Origin: Cirrosporium novae-zelandiae
Taxonomy: Eukaryota
DNA: 64,000 bases
Direction: 5' to 3'
Assembly: GCA_026023565.1 (NCBI GenBank)
Contig: JAPETS010000023.1
Location: 62,001 to 126,000 of the forward strand
This document shows, one piece after another, positions 23,477 through 37,046 of this stretch; the first letter of the stretch is position 1, and each line of letters opens with the position of its first letter. The notes beneath the pieces are model-generated. The model was not told the DNA's origin. It did no database searches and saw only the letters and a program-made list of their open reading frames with translations. A program made the translations under genes and the position numbers.

Positions 23477-25924
23477 ATGTCTGCAACCCGTTCCTACGCT
23501 GACATCCTTCGAGGAAAAGAAAACTTGGCTAATGGCTATAATGCTATTCGGCCAAATGACGAAAACACCCATCCTGATGGGGCTCCAAAAACATCCAAAT
23601 CTATTTACGAGGCTTCATCACTTGTAGAAGTCCAAGTTTCACTAGCTCAACTCCACGACCATGAGACTACAGTGACTAATCGTCTTGATGAATTGCTTGT
23701 CTCTCAGCGAGATCTCTCTAGAGAACTGGGAAAACTTAATCTTGTCCGTGCTCAGTTGGGTTCTCAGGCAGTGGCTACAAGAGATATCAGTAATGGCATG
23801 CTCTCAGAGGCTGCCTCCTTGGCCAGTCGTATCTCCAGTGCTGTCAAACAATTAGATCTCGAACAGTCCCGTGTCAGAGCTACTCTCGATGTCGTGGAGC
23901 AAGTCTCTGAGCTCAAGACCTGTGTATTGGGTGTCACTGGGTCCATGGGTGCGCCCCAGGATTGGGAGACGGCTGCCTCATACCTTAACCGCGCCTCGAA
24001 AATTCCTAAGGATGTTATCAATGATTCGTTCGCAGCAGAAATTGTTCCAACTGCGGAGGTGCCAGATCCCCCTGCAACAACACTCGAAAACGCAGCAGAA
24101 TCATTGTGTGGCCTCTTTTTACGCGAATTTGAGAAGGCTGCAAAGGAAAACAATGGTGCCAAAGTAACTAGGTTCTTCAAACTCTTCCCGCTTATTGGGA
24201 AGTCCGATATTGGTCTTGATGTTTATGGACGTTATGTCTGCGAAGGAGTTGCCTCGAGAGCGAGAACAAATCTCAATGCTGGCACAGGAGGCACCCAGCG
24301 AAAAGAGGGATTCTTCTATGCAAATGCTTTGACGAAACTTTTCGAGCAAATTGCTCAGATCGTCGATGGCCATGGAGCACTTGTTGAACGCCACTACGGG
24401 GCTGGGAAGATGGTCAAAGTCATCCAACGATTACAGTTAGAGGCAGATCTTCAAGGGGGCATCATCATTGATACATGGGCAGATGAACGGCATGTTGAGA
24501 GAAGGCTGACAGATATAAAGTCTTATGCATTCTCTTTCCTTGTGCAAAGCTTTCTACCAGCACAGAAAGGCACCCCGAGGGCTGGATCTCCTGCCAATGC
24601 CAACGAAAGACGTGTCAGTGAAGACGAAGGTGTGGATATGAAGGAAATTGACGGACTGCTGAACGAAATGGCGGTCATGTTAGGAAGATGGTCTCTCTAT
24701 ACCCGATTCATCGCAGACAAGTGCAAACTCCCAACCGATGAGAAAGACCCGGACTCTGCAGCGCCTTTGGTCATTCCAGATTTTGTCAGGACTTCCAACC
24801 TTAACCAAAAGGTATCTTCTCGGCTGATCCAATCTTTCAACGCGATGACCACTTTCTTCTTCCGGCGTTCAGTCGAGAAAGCATTCCAGCTTGACGAATC
24901 TCCCCCTGACCTCACACTTTCTGCGTTCAAACCTCTCACCTCAAATCCACCCTACATCACCTCCGCCGTCGACGACGTTATGTACATCATCAAGAAGCTG
25001 CTGCAACAGTCACTCGCGACCTCCTCCCGCCCCATAATCGCCTCTGTTGTCCCAACCATCGCTCGTGTCCTCGGCTCCGACTTCGTAGGCATGATCCAGA
25101 GGAAAATGCGGGACGAGTCCTACCCCAAGGCGCAGATACAGGGGGCCTTGCCACCCGAACACACCATAATTGCCTTCCTGGTCCTCATCAATAACCTAGA
25201 CGTCGCAACCGACTACCTCAATCGCATAATCGAATCGCACCTAGCGGCATCACCACCCAACTCAATCCAGGATCTCTTCCCCTTACCCAACGATGCCCCC
25301 TTCATAACCCAAACCCTCACAGCCCTTGGCCCACAATTCAGTCAAAAAACCACCGAGCTCATCTCTGACGGTATACACGTGACCTTCAATAACGTCCTGA
25401 AACCACGCCTGCGACCCCTCCTCGCCGATTCCTTCCGCGACGTCGACTACGCCGCCACAACAACTGAGGACACTTCTCCTGGCGGAGCCGACCCGGACAC
25501 CCCACCAAACCCGGACCTGGTTCGTACGCGCTTCCAGTCCGGGTGGGACGGCCTCACGCTACCTCTCACCCGCATCCTCACATCGGCAAATGCAGACCGC
25601 CTCATCCAGCACACGTCGACGTACCTAGGCCGCGTGCTGGAGAAGCGCATCTGGTCGTACCATGGGCGGGTGTCCGAGCTGGGCGCCGTCCGGCTCGAGA
25701 GGGACGTCATGGGGATCGTAGGGGTGGTAGTCAAGGGCCGAAAGTACGGGCTAAGAGATGTATTTGCTCGGTGCAGCAGAATTCTGATGGTAATGAATTT
25801 GGAAGAAGAGGAATGGGATGAGATGAAGAAGGGGGGGGATGGGGAAAATGCGGAGCAGGTACTTAGCATGGAAGAGATGGAGAGGGCGAGGGGGATGGTT
25901 AGGGATAGGAGCGAGCGGGGCTGA
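23477..25924 (+). CDS. COG4: Conserved oligomeric Golgi complex subunit 4
   Basis: 815-aa single-exon ORF with an N-terminal coiled coil, TRFFKLFPLIG, ITSAVDDVMY and ELGAVRLERDV. Confidence 0.9.
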   Translation: MSATRSYADILRGKENLANGYNAIRPNDENTHPDGAPKTSKSIYEASSLVEVQVSLAQLHDHETTVTNRLDELLVSQRDLSRELGKLNLVRAQLGSQAVATRDISNGMLSEAASLASRISSAVKQLDLEQSRVRATLDVVEQVSELKTCVLGVTGSMGAPQDWETAASYLNRASKIPKDVINDSFAAEIVPTAEVPDPPATTLENAAESLCGLFLREFEKAAKENNGAKVTRFFKLFPLIGKSDIGLDVYGRYVCEGVASRARTNLNAGTGGTQRKEGFFYANALTKLFEQIAQIVDGHGALVERHYGAGKMVKVIQRLQLEADLQGGIIIDTWADERHVERRLTDIKSYAFSFLVQSFLPAQKGTPRAGSPANANERRVSEDEGVDMKEIDGLLNEMAVMLGRWSLYTRFIADKCKLPTDEKDPDSAAPLVIPDFVRTSNLNQKVSSRLIQSFNAMTTFFFRRSVEKAFQLDESPPDLTLSAFKPLTSNPPYITSAVDDVMYIIKKLLQQSLATSSRPIIASVVPTIARVLGSDFVGMIQRKMRDESYPKAQIQGALPPEHTIIAFLVLINNLDVATDYLNRIIESHLAASPPNSIQDLFPLPNDAPFITQTLTALGPQFSQKTTELISDGIHVTFNNVLKPRLRPLLADSFRDVDYAATTTEDTSPGGADPDTPPNPDLVRTRFQSGWDGLTLPLTRILTSANADRLIQHTSTYLGRVLEKRIWSYHGRVSELGAVRLERDVMGIVGVVVKGRKYGLRDVFARCSRILMVMNLEEEEWDEMKKGGDGENAEQVLSMEEMERARGMVRDRSERG

Positions 25925-26470
25925 GAGGAATCTTAGGGGCAGAAATGTTGCGGGGGAGGTCTTCAGGATAGTTTTTGGTTACGGATTAGATAGATGGATT
26001 GGGACTGAGTTCTCTTCAACATCTATTTCAAAGAGGTAGTCGACTTATGCGTTCTTGACCTAGGGCCGCCCCACAGTTCATTTCAAGCCCGTATCCTACC
26101 CGATAGGCAGATACGTTATACTTATTACATTACTTTATGTTGAAATCTGGTTAACGACTTTTGTGAAATTTAGCATTGGAGCCTGGGGATGTCGTGAAGT
26201 CCTCTAGGTAAAATGTAGACAAGAGAACAAACAAGGTACTTTGAAAATGGACTTTTTTTTCCTAGAATTATAAAGTGCTAGCGAGATTTCTTGGCTGTAG
26301 ACAACGAGGTTTTTTATTCTTGAGCTACTGGTAATTAAGTATACAGTCGTACTCTTGCCTGCAAGAGCACTGATCATGCTCCTCATAAAATTACAAATTT
26401 TTGGCCGTCAAAAAGCCGTCTACCATTGCGCCTTGCGCCCTATCCGACAAGCATATCTTCGATGCCACAT

Positions 26471-29400
26471 CTATAGTTGTATTAGATCCACTTCATCAAA
26501 ATCTGGCGGGGCGCCGTTAAAAACGCATCTCCCTTTCTCATCTAGCCCCTGTTTTTCGTTGCTGATCCATATTTTCTGGCTCGCTTTCCTTGTTCTAGCA
26601 ATTTCATCGTCACTGACACCGAGATGATCCCTGGGGATCCAAATAACTGGTCTTTTGGACCTGAGAGCGGAATGCAAAAATGCCCGCTGAACTAGAGCAT
26701 CACGCTGTTCAGGAGTAAGGTCTTCTAACTCGTCATTAATGCCAGAAAAGAGCAGTTCTGTGAGTTTGTTTCGACCTGCTCTTTGCGCCTCAATATCGGC
26801 CTGATCCGCCCCAACAATAAAGTTTAGGGGCTCACGGGTGATGAAATTAAGAGGATCCATAATCTGTTGAGGAACATGCGGGCGAGATTTCGTACGTGAA
26901 TGGGAATGAGCAACTTGCTGTTCATTCTTTCCAAAACTGCTAGACCGCCGTGCCGGATCACGATCTGCCCACGAAGACCTGCTTGTAGGGTGATGTGGCG
27001 GCATGAGATTGCGAGGGTTCAGTCTCTCCCTTTTGGATTTAGTACGAGGGGGATTTTGTTCGGGGGTCTCTGAATGAAGTGGCGATGTAGGGTCGGATTC
27101 CATTTCCTTTTGGCGCTTTCGTTTCAATTCTTCCATCTCGTAGGCTTCTTGTGCTTGGTTTTCCTCGAGAGACTCCCGTTCTTCCTCAGCAAGAACCTCA
27201 TCTATATCCTTGTCATCTGAAGCACCCTTGATAATACTGGGTTCATTAATGTTATGGCCGTCATAACGTTCAGCCATGATCCTTGCGAATTCTTCATCAC
27301 GTGCGACAGCATCATCCTCGAGAGTTATAGGCAAATAACGGAATAAAGGCCCAAATGCATCATTGAGCAGAAATTGAAAACCTGCAGTTCCAAGTATCGT
27401 TAAGAACATGATAATTACTGGACCGGCAAGCCCCTGATCATCGCTGGCGGCTTCGACAACTAAGAAATATCCAATAAGAACCAGCTCCATGATATACAGA
27501 CCTGTGAATGTCTGGTTTAGGGCTTTTGGAAACAGTAAGCCGCCAGTATCGATCGTATACTGATAGACAAATAAGGTATTGTAGCGATAGACGACCCAAA
27601 ACAAACTGAAGGTGACGATGTTGAATATTAGAATTATTGGCGAGAGGACCGAATAGATCAATCCTATACAAGCTAGGGTGGTGTAAGCAGGATAGAAGGT
27701 GCCCCATTTGATCTGAGGCAATGCCGTTTGTGTTTTAAATTTGTTGCGCGCGGTGTCGTTTTTAAAGGGTGCTAAAATGAACACTTTGAATATTGTGGCT
27801 ATTTGGACCAAGGCACCGCCGCTAACTGATAATGATTGAAGTAACATGTAGGACAAGAAGTAGTTGCTTGCTTTCGGTATATTCTTGGCAAGAACCTCCG
27901 GGATCGTGCTCACGTCAAACGTGTTTTGTTTTGTCGCGGTTTCGATTAGATTGATCAATGTGGTAAACGCAGACGATATTGAAACCACAAGGAATATTTG
28001 CACGAACTGAAAGCAAAAATAGTACCTCTGCACGGTCAGCTCAATTAGCATACCAGTTGGAATGCCCTGAAGCTTGACTAGAAAACGTAGGATCAAAGGC
28101 AGTATTATCATCAATAAAGCAAGCACAACAATTGGCAAGATACCTTGCACAACTGAAATCACCCAAGTAGGAGCTTTTCCAAGCCAGCTACCAAGCCAAG
28201 GAATAGTCTTGCGGATCGTAGAGATTTGAGAAAGAGAACCGGAGAAGGCAATAGGTACTGCCCATAACAATATCATTCCAATAACTACCAGGACGATACC
28301 ACCAGAACGAATATATTGTTGCCACCAAGGAAGCGACATGTTATCCCACACAACGTCATTTGGAGATATTTCAACAATCCGTGGGGTCATTTGTTTGGGC
28401 ATATGGTGGCTCACAGACTGGCAGGCCATGTGAGCAGCGGCCTGGTTGTTGAACTGGACAAAAGCTGAGTTCATTAAAGGAAAATTATCTGGCTGAGCTT
28501 GAAGCTTCTCGATTTCGACGTTCAAACGTGCTACTTCTTTTCGGCAATAATAAATCGTGTCGACCTTTTTCCCAATAAGGGGGAGACCTGGCATCCAGTT
28601 ATACTTTAATATCGGTAATCTTAGGGTATCACGATCTTTCTCCTTGATATACTGTTTCCATAGCGCTCCTTCATCATATTCAGGGTTTTCATCCTCCATG
28701 GACACCTTAGGATCTTGTTCGGTGCTGGTCTTGTTGGATTTTTGACGGATTGAGCCTCCTCCTCGGGCATTTGCTTCACTATCGCTGGTAGAAGGCCTCT
28801 TGGTATTCTCGTTAAGAGCATCTTCTACAGTGTGATGGACTTGGTGCGGATTTCCAGAACTGATGCCCTCACCCGGGCCATCGACAAAACCAGTGTTCGA
28901 TTTCAATGGTAGATTTTCTTTGCCCTTTTCTTGTTTCTTGCTAGCTTTCACACACTTCTCGATTAATTCTGTCTCCGCACCCTCGAGTGTGCGGGCAAAT
29001 TTATCACGCCTCTCGATTAGTTCGGTAAGGTCATCGTAGTTTCGATTGATCCATATGTTTCGGAGGCCACCAGGGAATACATCAAATAGGCCTGCAAGAG
29101 CCTCCAAGGTAAGCCATTTCGGAGGGATCGATCGAACAAGGACAGTAGTTGCCGAGGCCCTCAATCGGTGTTGTGGAGAGGTTAAATACGACTGGCGTAT
29201 GCGAATGTATCTCCGTAGTTCAGAAAATACCACATAGCATACCCATATCACCAACAAAATAGCCAACATGCAGTGAGCCCAAAGTCGCTTTGATTTCTCT
29301 TTCGAAATATTAGACACGGTGAGCTTGTCAAGGCCTGTAACCGATGCGTCCAAGCCACCACCACCAGTATAGTTTAGAGGTATTAGGATTGGTATGATGA

Positions 29401-29929
29401 CGAAAGCAAGCGGCACAAAGATCTTCAGGAGTGCGAGGAGATATCGAAGGAAAAAATAGGCATCAAGACCACATTTCTGAAGGAAGTCGTTGGTACTAGT
29501 CTTAAAAACGGGCTTTAGCCATTGCCAAAGGCCTGGATCTACAGGGGCGGTTCGTTCGCGCTCTGGAACTAGGTAGGTTCTAGGTTGACTATAATCGGTC
29601 AGTTAAATTACAAAGACTGCTTATTTTGCTTGCAAGTCCCCTCAAACAGAACTAAATAAAAATCCGATTTAGGTCGAATTCTGTTCGAGCATAGAAAGAC
29701 CTCAAGACATGATGAGGGTGGCATTGTGGAAAATAATGGTGGATGAAAGGTGAACTTACTAGATTCTTGGAAATTTGTCCTTGATGAGTATAAAAAGAAG
29801 GACTTGAACTCCACCAGCGACCAAACCACCAGATGCAGATGCGATAAAGGTTCCAACAGATTGACCTTGACTTTGGAGGGCGGTACCAGTACCGGTGTTG
29901 CTAATAGAAGCCCTTGAGAAGAGATCCAT
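26471..29929 (-). CDS. CSC1/OSCA/TMEM63 (DUF221, Phm7/Rsn1-like) Ca2+-permeable stress-gated channel
   Basis: Exon 1 is 29929-29760 (MDLFSRAS...KFPRIY), intron 29759-29589, exon 2 runs QPRTYLVP...GLDAYFFLRYL...SAFVQFN...SPNDVVWDNM through many transmembrane segments to RPVIWIPRDHLGVS. Confidence 0.92.
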
Positions 29930-31854
29930 GGTATGGCGTTGGTGTTGTTTTTGTTAAAGATAATTAAGATGCATTGAGTGGAATTGGTAGAGAAAATGGA
30001 GGGTTTGAGGAGGGAGTAGGAGGGGAGAAATCAAGATTTTGAAATGTTTGGTAGACTGACCAGCAGTAGTTTACCAAGATTTAGGCGGTTATCAGTCAGT
30101 CAAAGTGGATTGAATGGTATGATGAATGGTTCCAGACGGTTGAATTGGCAGGAGTATGACAGGATATGAAGCAAAGTAGGTACTTTAAAAGTAAACGATG
30201 ACGCTATAACCGGTAACTTATTTTCCTTAAGCTTGAATCAAGGATATTGAATCCTGGATTTTCTTTTTTCTTCACACGGGGGAGGGGGCGTAGTCATCAA
30301 ATGGTGTCATTACATTGGACAAATGGGCCGAGCCAAGAAGCCAAGAAAGCCCCTTAAGAGAATAACTGTGCCACAGGAAGTACTTAGGTAGGTAAAGGGA
30401 GTACTTTCTTTCTACAATATAAATTATATTACTATTATTATTATCATTATTATTATACACCCAGATACACTGTAGTATGAATACTTATAAAATAGACACC
30501 CGTCTTATTATTAGCCTTCTAAGGTTGATATGTCACATAACTGATTAATTAATTGTTTTGGTTTGTGTTTCGGGGATAATGTTCTAACTTCTTGATACAT
30601 GCAGTGTCGAAAGTAGTCTTTGCAGGGCCTAATGGACTTGCTGGAGATGACGGGCGCTTATCTTGAGATTCCGGGTTGGCGCCCAAGGTACAAAGATCTT
30701 TCCCTTGATGAAACATAAGGCATAATAACCAGGAAATATAGATTAGAGTATTACCGTCCCCCCCTCCTCCCCTTTCCTCCTATTTAGGCTCTCTCTCCTC
30801 TCTCAACAAACTATTCTTTATTGTTTCTAGAGTTTATTGCTCTTGCATATATAGTTTCCCGAACTTCCAACCCCCGAACTTCCAATCACCATTCCCCTTA
30901 AGAATTCATGTAGCTAAACAAATAATAAATCTCCACATGTCTGGTGAGAGATCTCGGAACGGAATGGAAGCGGCTTCACTTCGGCTAGTGGTTCATGCTG
31001 GACCTCTTCGCTGTCTCGGCCGCCGGCAAGATCCGCAAAATAAGATAATCAAATGAGAAGCAGCTCATGTCACAAGCTTTGTCAACTCAGTCAGCTCGAC
31101 TGATCGCCTGCAGTAAGCCCCGATCTATTGTTGCTGGGTGGTGCTGGGTGGTGCTTCCTGCCGCAGTAGTGCTGGCTGTATCTGAAATGCATGTAAAAAT
31201 CTCTTTTTCTTCTCCTCCTCCCTCTCCTCCTTCCCCTTCTCCCCCTCCATTTCTTTATCCACAGGCCAAATTCTTCTTAGTTCTTTTCTTACTCCGAGTT
31301 CTTGATTCAGTAAGTTCCCCCTTCTTTACTTGTTCTGATTATCATTAGCAAATTATTCAGTCAATTGAGCAATCGAGCAACTGATTCGGAATCCTGGAGG
31401 GGTTTTGATAACCCCACCAACCCCTCCATTTGCTTCTCGGCTTCCTTGTTTCGAACATTTCTCCCTCAACGCTCCATCTTCCATATCTAGATCCCTTAAT
31501 TTTCTGATTGCTCTCGTGATATACTGCTTTTCTGCAGACGAAATCAGTATCATACACTAGAATTGCCTGACAATTTGTAGCTAATGGTAACCTTTTCTGG
31601 AAAGCTTCAGACCACAGCCTTATAAACCACCTCTTTCCTCCCTCCAAAGCCACGTTGACCTCAGTTACGAAGTCCGAGCTTCTACAAGCTTCTCGTGTTT
31701 GCTAGCCTTTTGCCATCGAAAATAGTTATTGTTGATTAATTATAGAGGTAGAGGCAGTGAATATTGACAGTGAATAACTTTTGCGGTGGGACGAGCGATC
31801 AATAAACAACGGTTAGACCTTCAACAAAAACGAATTCACTATAAATTTTTCAAA

Positions 31855-33619
31855 ATGGTGGGATTAGGACCAAAACGACAACCATCCCGCAAGGGTATGA
31901 TCTCCCAACCCTTCTTTATTATCTACAGCTCTCTTCATCTTCCACCTTCACATCTATACAACGCTGAATGCTGAACACCATGGGATCAATAGGATCTATG
32001 GCCGATGTGCCAAAGAACTTGCTTGAGCAAATTAGATATTTGGAGGAACTCTTCATTGTCGAGGCCCCAAAGCTCAAAGAGGTCACCGACCACTTCGTCA
32101 AGGAACTGATCAAAGGTATGAACACCCACACTTGGCTCTTCAGTTACTACTCGAAGGCCACGCGGCTAATAAATGAATCTAGGTCTGAGCAAAGAAGGAT
32201 GTAACATTGTAAGTGTTTACTTTCCTCTGTAACATTAATTCGCCTTCAACTAACCTTTTTCTCCTCGTCGTAGCCAATGAACCCTACCTGGGTGATGGGC
32301 TACCCTACCGGCCAAGAGACCGGCACATACCTCGCTCTAGATATGGGCGGTACTAACCTTCGTGTCTGTGAGATCTACCTACCTGAAGAGAAGGGCGAAT
32401 TCGATATTACTCAGTCCAAATATCGGATGCCTGAAGAATTAAAGACAGGAAAGTCTGAAGACATGTGGGAATATATTGCAGACTGTCTCCAGCAATTCGT
32501 GGAGTACCATCACGAGGGAGAGAAGCTTGATACTATTATGCCTTTGGGTTTCACCTTCTCTTACCCATGCACCCAAGACTATATTGATCACGGTGTTCTC
32601 CAACGCTGGACCAAGGGCTTTGATGTTGATGGTGTCGAAGGCAAGGACGTTGTACCAATGTTAGAAGCTGCTCTGGAAAAGCGGGTAAGCTCTTCTTCAC
32701 CAATGCCTGAGTCTCCAAAGATTAATGATCTCCCCTTTAGGGTCTCCCTATCAAAGTGGTTGCTCTTGTAAACGATACCACTGGAACGCTTATCGCCTCT
32801 CACTATACTGACGATCAAATGATGATCGGCTGTATCTTCGGTACTGGTTGCAATGCCGCCTACATGGAGCACTGCGGTGAAATCCCCAAGATTGCACACA
32901 TGAACCTCCCTTCTGACATGCCTGTTGCAATCAACTGCGAATACGGAGCGTTCGACAACGAGCACCTCGTTCTCCCACGCACACCTTACGACGTCATCAT
33001 TGACCGCGACTCGCCCCGCCCAGGCCAACAAGCCTTCGAGAAGATGATTGCAGGTTTGTATCTCGGCGAAATCTTCCGTCTGGTGCTTGTGGATCTTCAT
33101 GACAACAAGAACTGTGGCTTTTTGGAGAATCAAGACATCGCTGCTCTCCGCAAACCATACACCCTGGACGCATCATTCCTCGCCTCGATCGAAGAAGATC
33201 CTTTCGAGAACTTGTCCGAGACCGCAGACCTTTTCGACCGCACACTCAAAGTCCGCCCTTCTAAGCCAGAGCTCGAACTTTGCCGTCGCCTCGCCGAACT
33301 CATTGGCACCCGTGCTGCTCGTCTCTCTGCCTGTGGTCCAGCAGCTATCTGCAAAAAGAAGGGTATCAAGGCCTGCCACGTAGGTGCTGATGGAAGCGTG
33401 TTCAACAAATACCCCCACTTCAAGGCTCGGGGTGCCCAGGCATTGAGGGAGATCCTTGACTGGCCAAAGGGAATGAAGGACCAAGTCGACATCCGAGCAG
33501 CTGAAGATGGTAGTGGTGTGGGCGCCGCTCTCATTGCTGCATTAACGAACAGGCGCGTCAAGGACGGGAATCTTGCCGGCATCAAAAACAAGGATGCACT
33601 CCTCAGCATGATGAAATGA
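31855..33619 (+). CDS. hxkA: Hexokinase
   Basis: Five exons (introns 31895-31992, 32116-32182, 32209-32273, 32685-32740). Motifs MVGLGPKRQPSRKG/SMAD, LALDMGGTNLRV, PLGFTFSYP, WTKGF, NDTTGT, INCEYGAF and EDGSGVGAA. Confidence 0.96.
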
Positions 33620-34253
33620 GAAGATCCTCCCAACCCCCAATACTACACCGGATGAATAGCTAGGAAAGGACCTGATAGAATGGAAGTGGGTTTTTGATGA
33701 TGCTTACATGCGATTGCCTTGAAGAGATTGAAAATCCTCTTTACGATACAGGATAGACTTTGTTGCAGGATGAGGCGATGAAATGCAATGTCGATATGGA
33801 AGCACTCAATGACTTGGACGGGGATCTGGACATGTCTTGTGGTGTATAGACTCAACCTCATTCTAACATGCCTCCAATATTATGGCATGATGCGCACATA
33901 TGATAGTAGAATAAATATCATATAAGCCGCTCCAAGAAACTGTTTTATTTTCCTTTGCTTCTTATTTCCTCCGAGCCTACTCGTCATTCGCGACGAAGGT
34001 AGATATATCGACCAATAAATCATATTAAGGATATCACAAATGTAAGCATCCCTTTATCAACTAAGGTACTTCTTCGCCTATAAATCACAACTCCGGTTTT
34101 TGTGCCATCCACTTCCCTGCTGATGCCGCAGCTGTCGCTCCAACTTCCAACCATTGGTAGGTAAATTAGCCATCCCTCCAAACTAAAATCATCCCCAAAC
34201 ATGACAAATGAAAATTGATACCAAAAATTGCGAGTAACATTGCCATGTAGCAA

Positions 34254-36255
34254 TTAATGACTTCCATTTGCATATTGCTCACTTCCCAAAAACGCCGCTA
34301 AATCACCCGAGGTCGCTAGTTGCTCCTCGTACAAACTCAAAATAGCCATTCCTTCTTGTGGATTTGAAGGGCCCATGTGAGGTGTGCCCAGCCCTCCCGC
34401 CGAACCGTTACCATCTCTTGGGTCTCTCATGCGCTCAAGTACCGCTGCTGCTTCCAGTGATGTAGATGTTGTTGATGGTGTCCCCTGCGATGCCAACTGC
34501 TGCGCCAGATGATGCGTTGGTGAATTAGACACAGACATAGGAGACTGTCCTGTTTGTGATCTTCCAGATAATTGAAGGCTGCTGTACTCCTCATCCTCCA
34601 TCCCGAAGCCCCTTTCACCATCATGTTTTCCCATCGCTCGGTTTTGTAACACTTTTATCATTTCTCCGAGCTCCTCATACCACTCTTCGACTAGAGCCCA
34701 AGATTCCCGCATACCGCGTAAGATGCGTAGATTGTCACGCACGATTGTGATAGAGGTTGAACGAGCTTGCGGAATCAACTCGCGAATGGACATGTAAGCA
34801 ACAGTTGTGGCAGCAGTGTAGGAGGAGAAAAGGGTAAAGAGGGGAAATATATAAGCTTGAGAGGATGGGGATTCAAGGGCAGTGAGGAGAGATGTTATGG
34901 CTGATGCAGAGCTGAAGATCGCGTCGATGGTTTGGACTTGCCAAGGGTCTCTGCTACTGGAGGAAATATTGTTGTTGGGTGTAGAATTAGATTGTCGGCC
35001 AAGGAGGTGGAGACGGCGACGGTGTAGGAAGATGATGGCACAGTGGAAGACGCAGTGGATGAACGCGAAAGGGAAGCCCGTACCCATGGTTATATGGAGG
35101 TCGATCTGACCAGAGCGGTTTTGAAGACGTGCAGGCAGGGAGTCATGCCAGTGGTAGAGTTCTTCGAGGAGACGTTGGTATTGAGACTCATCTTCATTAT
35201 CTTGGGGCGAAGGCTCGAAGATCCAGGTAACTACACCCCTCCAGAGCCGAGCAATCAGAATCATATGGCCAAATTCACCAATCTCGCTGACGCGGCTATC
35301 TGGCCCTACGGCATGTGGAAGTTCACCGTTCAACATTGGCACAATAGTTGGGGTGCCAAAGTGATAGTCTTGCTCGGAGCATGGGAGTGAGATTCGTAGG
35401 TCTTCATCCCGAAGCATAGTAGGCCTGTCTTTTCCACTGCTTAGGAATTGTTCCATCATGAAACATGTCCATAGAACTCTTCTAGCCGTCTCAGCAACAA
35501 CGAAGTCTTGACCAGATCCTGTCTCAATGGCTGGTTTAAGCATCTGGACCATTCGGATGGCCATTGCAATATATATAAACGCCCGGGAGCCCCTACGAGC
35601 TCCCCATTCTTGTAGTGTAACCAAGTATATGGCTTGGATTGTGGCAATTGATGGATGGTCGAGTGCTTCAAAAGCAAAGCCCATTGCTCTTCGTGCGAAA
35701 TGGTCGGAGGCTGCGGCTGGCGATCCGTACATCTGTACCAACGCAGGCGATGTCCTTGGATCTTCGATCAGCAATCACTTCATCTGTATGAACGAGGCAG
35801 ATAATTTTAACCTTCCGCATAAAGCAAGCATGGCATAGTAAAGGCATGGTTCAAGCGTCCCCTCTCTTATTTGCCTTTGGATGGTTGGTTGATGGAATGA
35901 CGCCCAGGGGCATAAGCACTTGAAGAATATCTGTTGACATTCATCAATAACAGCTGGGGGAAGTCTATTGTAGGACGTTAGTCCTTTTACTAACTCCTTA
36001 GGGGTCAGTTAATTCAACCTACCTCTCATCGTCACCACGTATGGTTCTAGTAGGGCCGGGAGAAACGGCGGCGGCGACGGATGATGTGGGATGTTCAATG
36101 GCGCGTCGTTTCCGAACAGCCTTTTGACTGAATACGCATTCATGATGAGCTTTGGCGCAGCTTCGACATGGCAGTGAGTCGTCGTCCCTCAAACATTTTG
36201 TTTTTGCACGCCTGCACCTCAAGCAGGCGTTTGGAGATCTCACACCCAATATCAT
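34254..36255 (-). CDS. Zn2Cys6 transcription factor with fungal-specific middle homology domain
   Basis: Zinc cluster ACLRCRRAKTKC...PCRSCAKAHHEC after ATG 36255; intron 36022-35965 and a second intron near 35756-35811; middle-domain motif ETARRVLWTCFMMEQFLSSG...LPCSE. Confidence 0.88.
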
Positions 36256-37046
36256 TGAGCCCCAAAATGTCAACGTCGTGTGTCCGGTCTTCAGTATCAG
36301 TGGTATCCTAAACCTCGATCGGCGCAACAGCACGCCGCGGGCCGATCACCTTAGAATTTTAGACTTGTTTTATGTGGGTATAGACGTCTGCAATGTCGCA
36401 TAGGATAAATCAGTTGCAAAAGAAAAGTCGATGATAGTGAAGATAGAAGACGGGACCGATGTTTTAGTTGGAAGCCGGGACGGAGAGTGAAGAGGATGAA
36501 GGAGAGAAGGTGTTATGCTGGGTGGAATTTGGAAAGTGTAGGATTCCGAGAAAACGGAGGTCGGCGGGTGACCGAGGCATAGAAACCACCGAAGGGGACC
36601 AGGGCGAGGCACAAAACGGATTGCCAGCTATAAGTCCCGCTTTCCCGTCCTTCCCGAATGCCAGTATCCGTATGATTTCTACCCGGAGTCAACGTGATTC
36701 GGAATGAACAACTGTTCCCCATCCCTTAATTTGGTTAGATACTACTGATATTATATGCAGACGCAGAGACTGTGTTACCTGCTGTTTGGTGAAATCTAAA
36801 AATCTAGTTACCAGTGTCCATGCGCCCCCTTTGAATCAGATAAGATTCTATCTCCCGAATACAAAAATACCCATCTAAACATCATTTTCAACCACTCGGT
36901 CAATCGAGAATAGTCCTACGATTAATATAATAAAATCTCATCGACGGTGAAACCGGTACCGGTTTCATCTTGAAACTTAAAATAGATCCGTTTTCAAACC
37001 ACCTTAGACTGACTGTCAATGTTATATAGTATGAACAAGGCAAGCA

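Noticed and set aside
32588..33633. Long antisense ORFs over hexokinase (also over COG4, DOP1 and acuK)
   Set aside because: Shadow frames of codon-biased genes with no recognisable motifs.
33617..33655. Stop-codon readthrough giving a cryptic PTS1 on hexokinase (also checked for the SDR)
   Set aside because: No TGA-CTA readthrough context and the extensions do not end in an SKL-like tripeptide.
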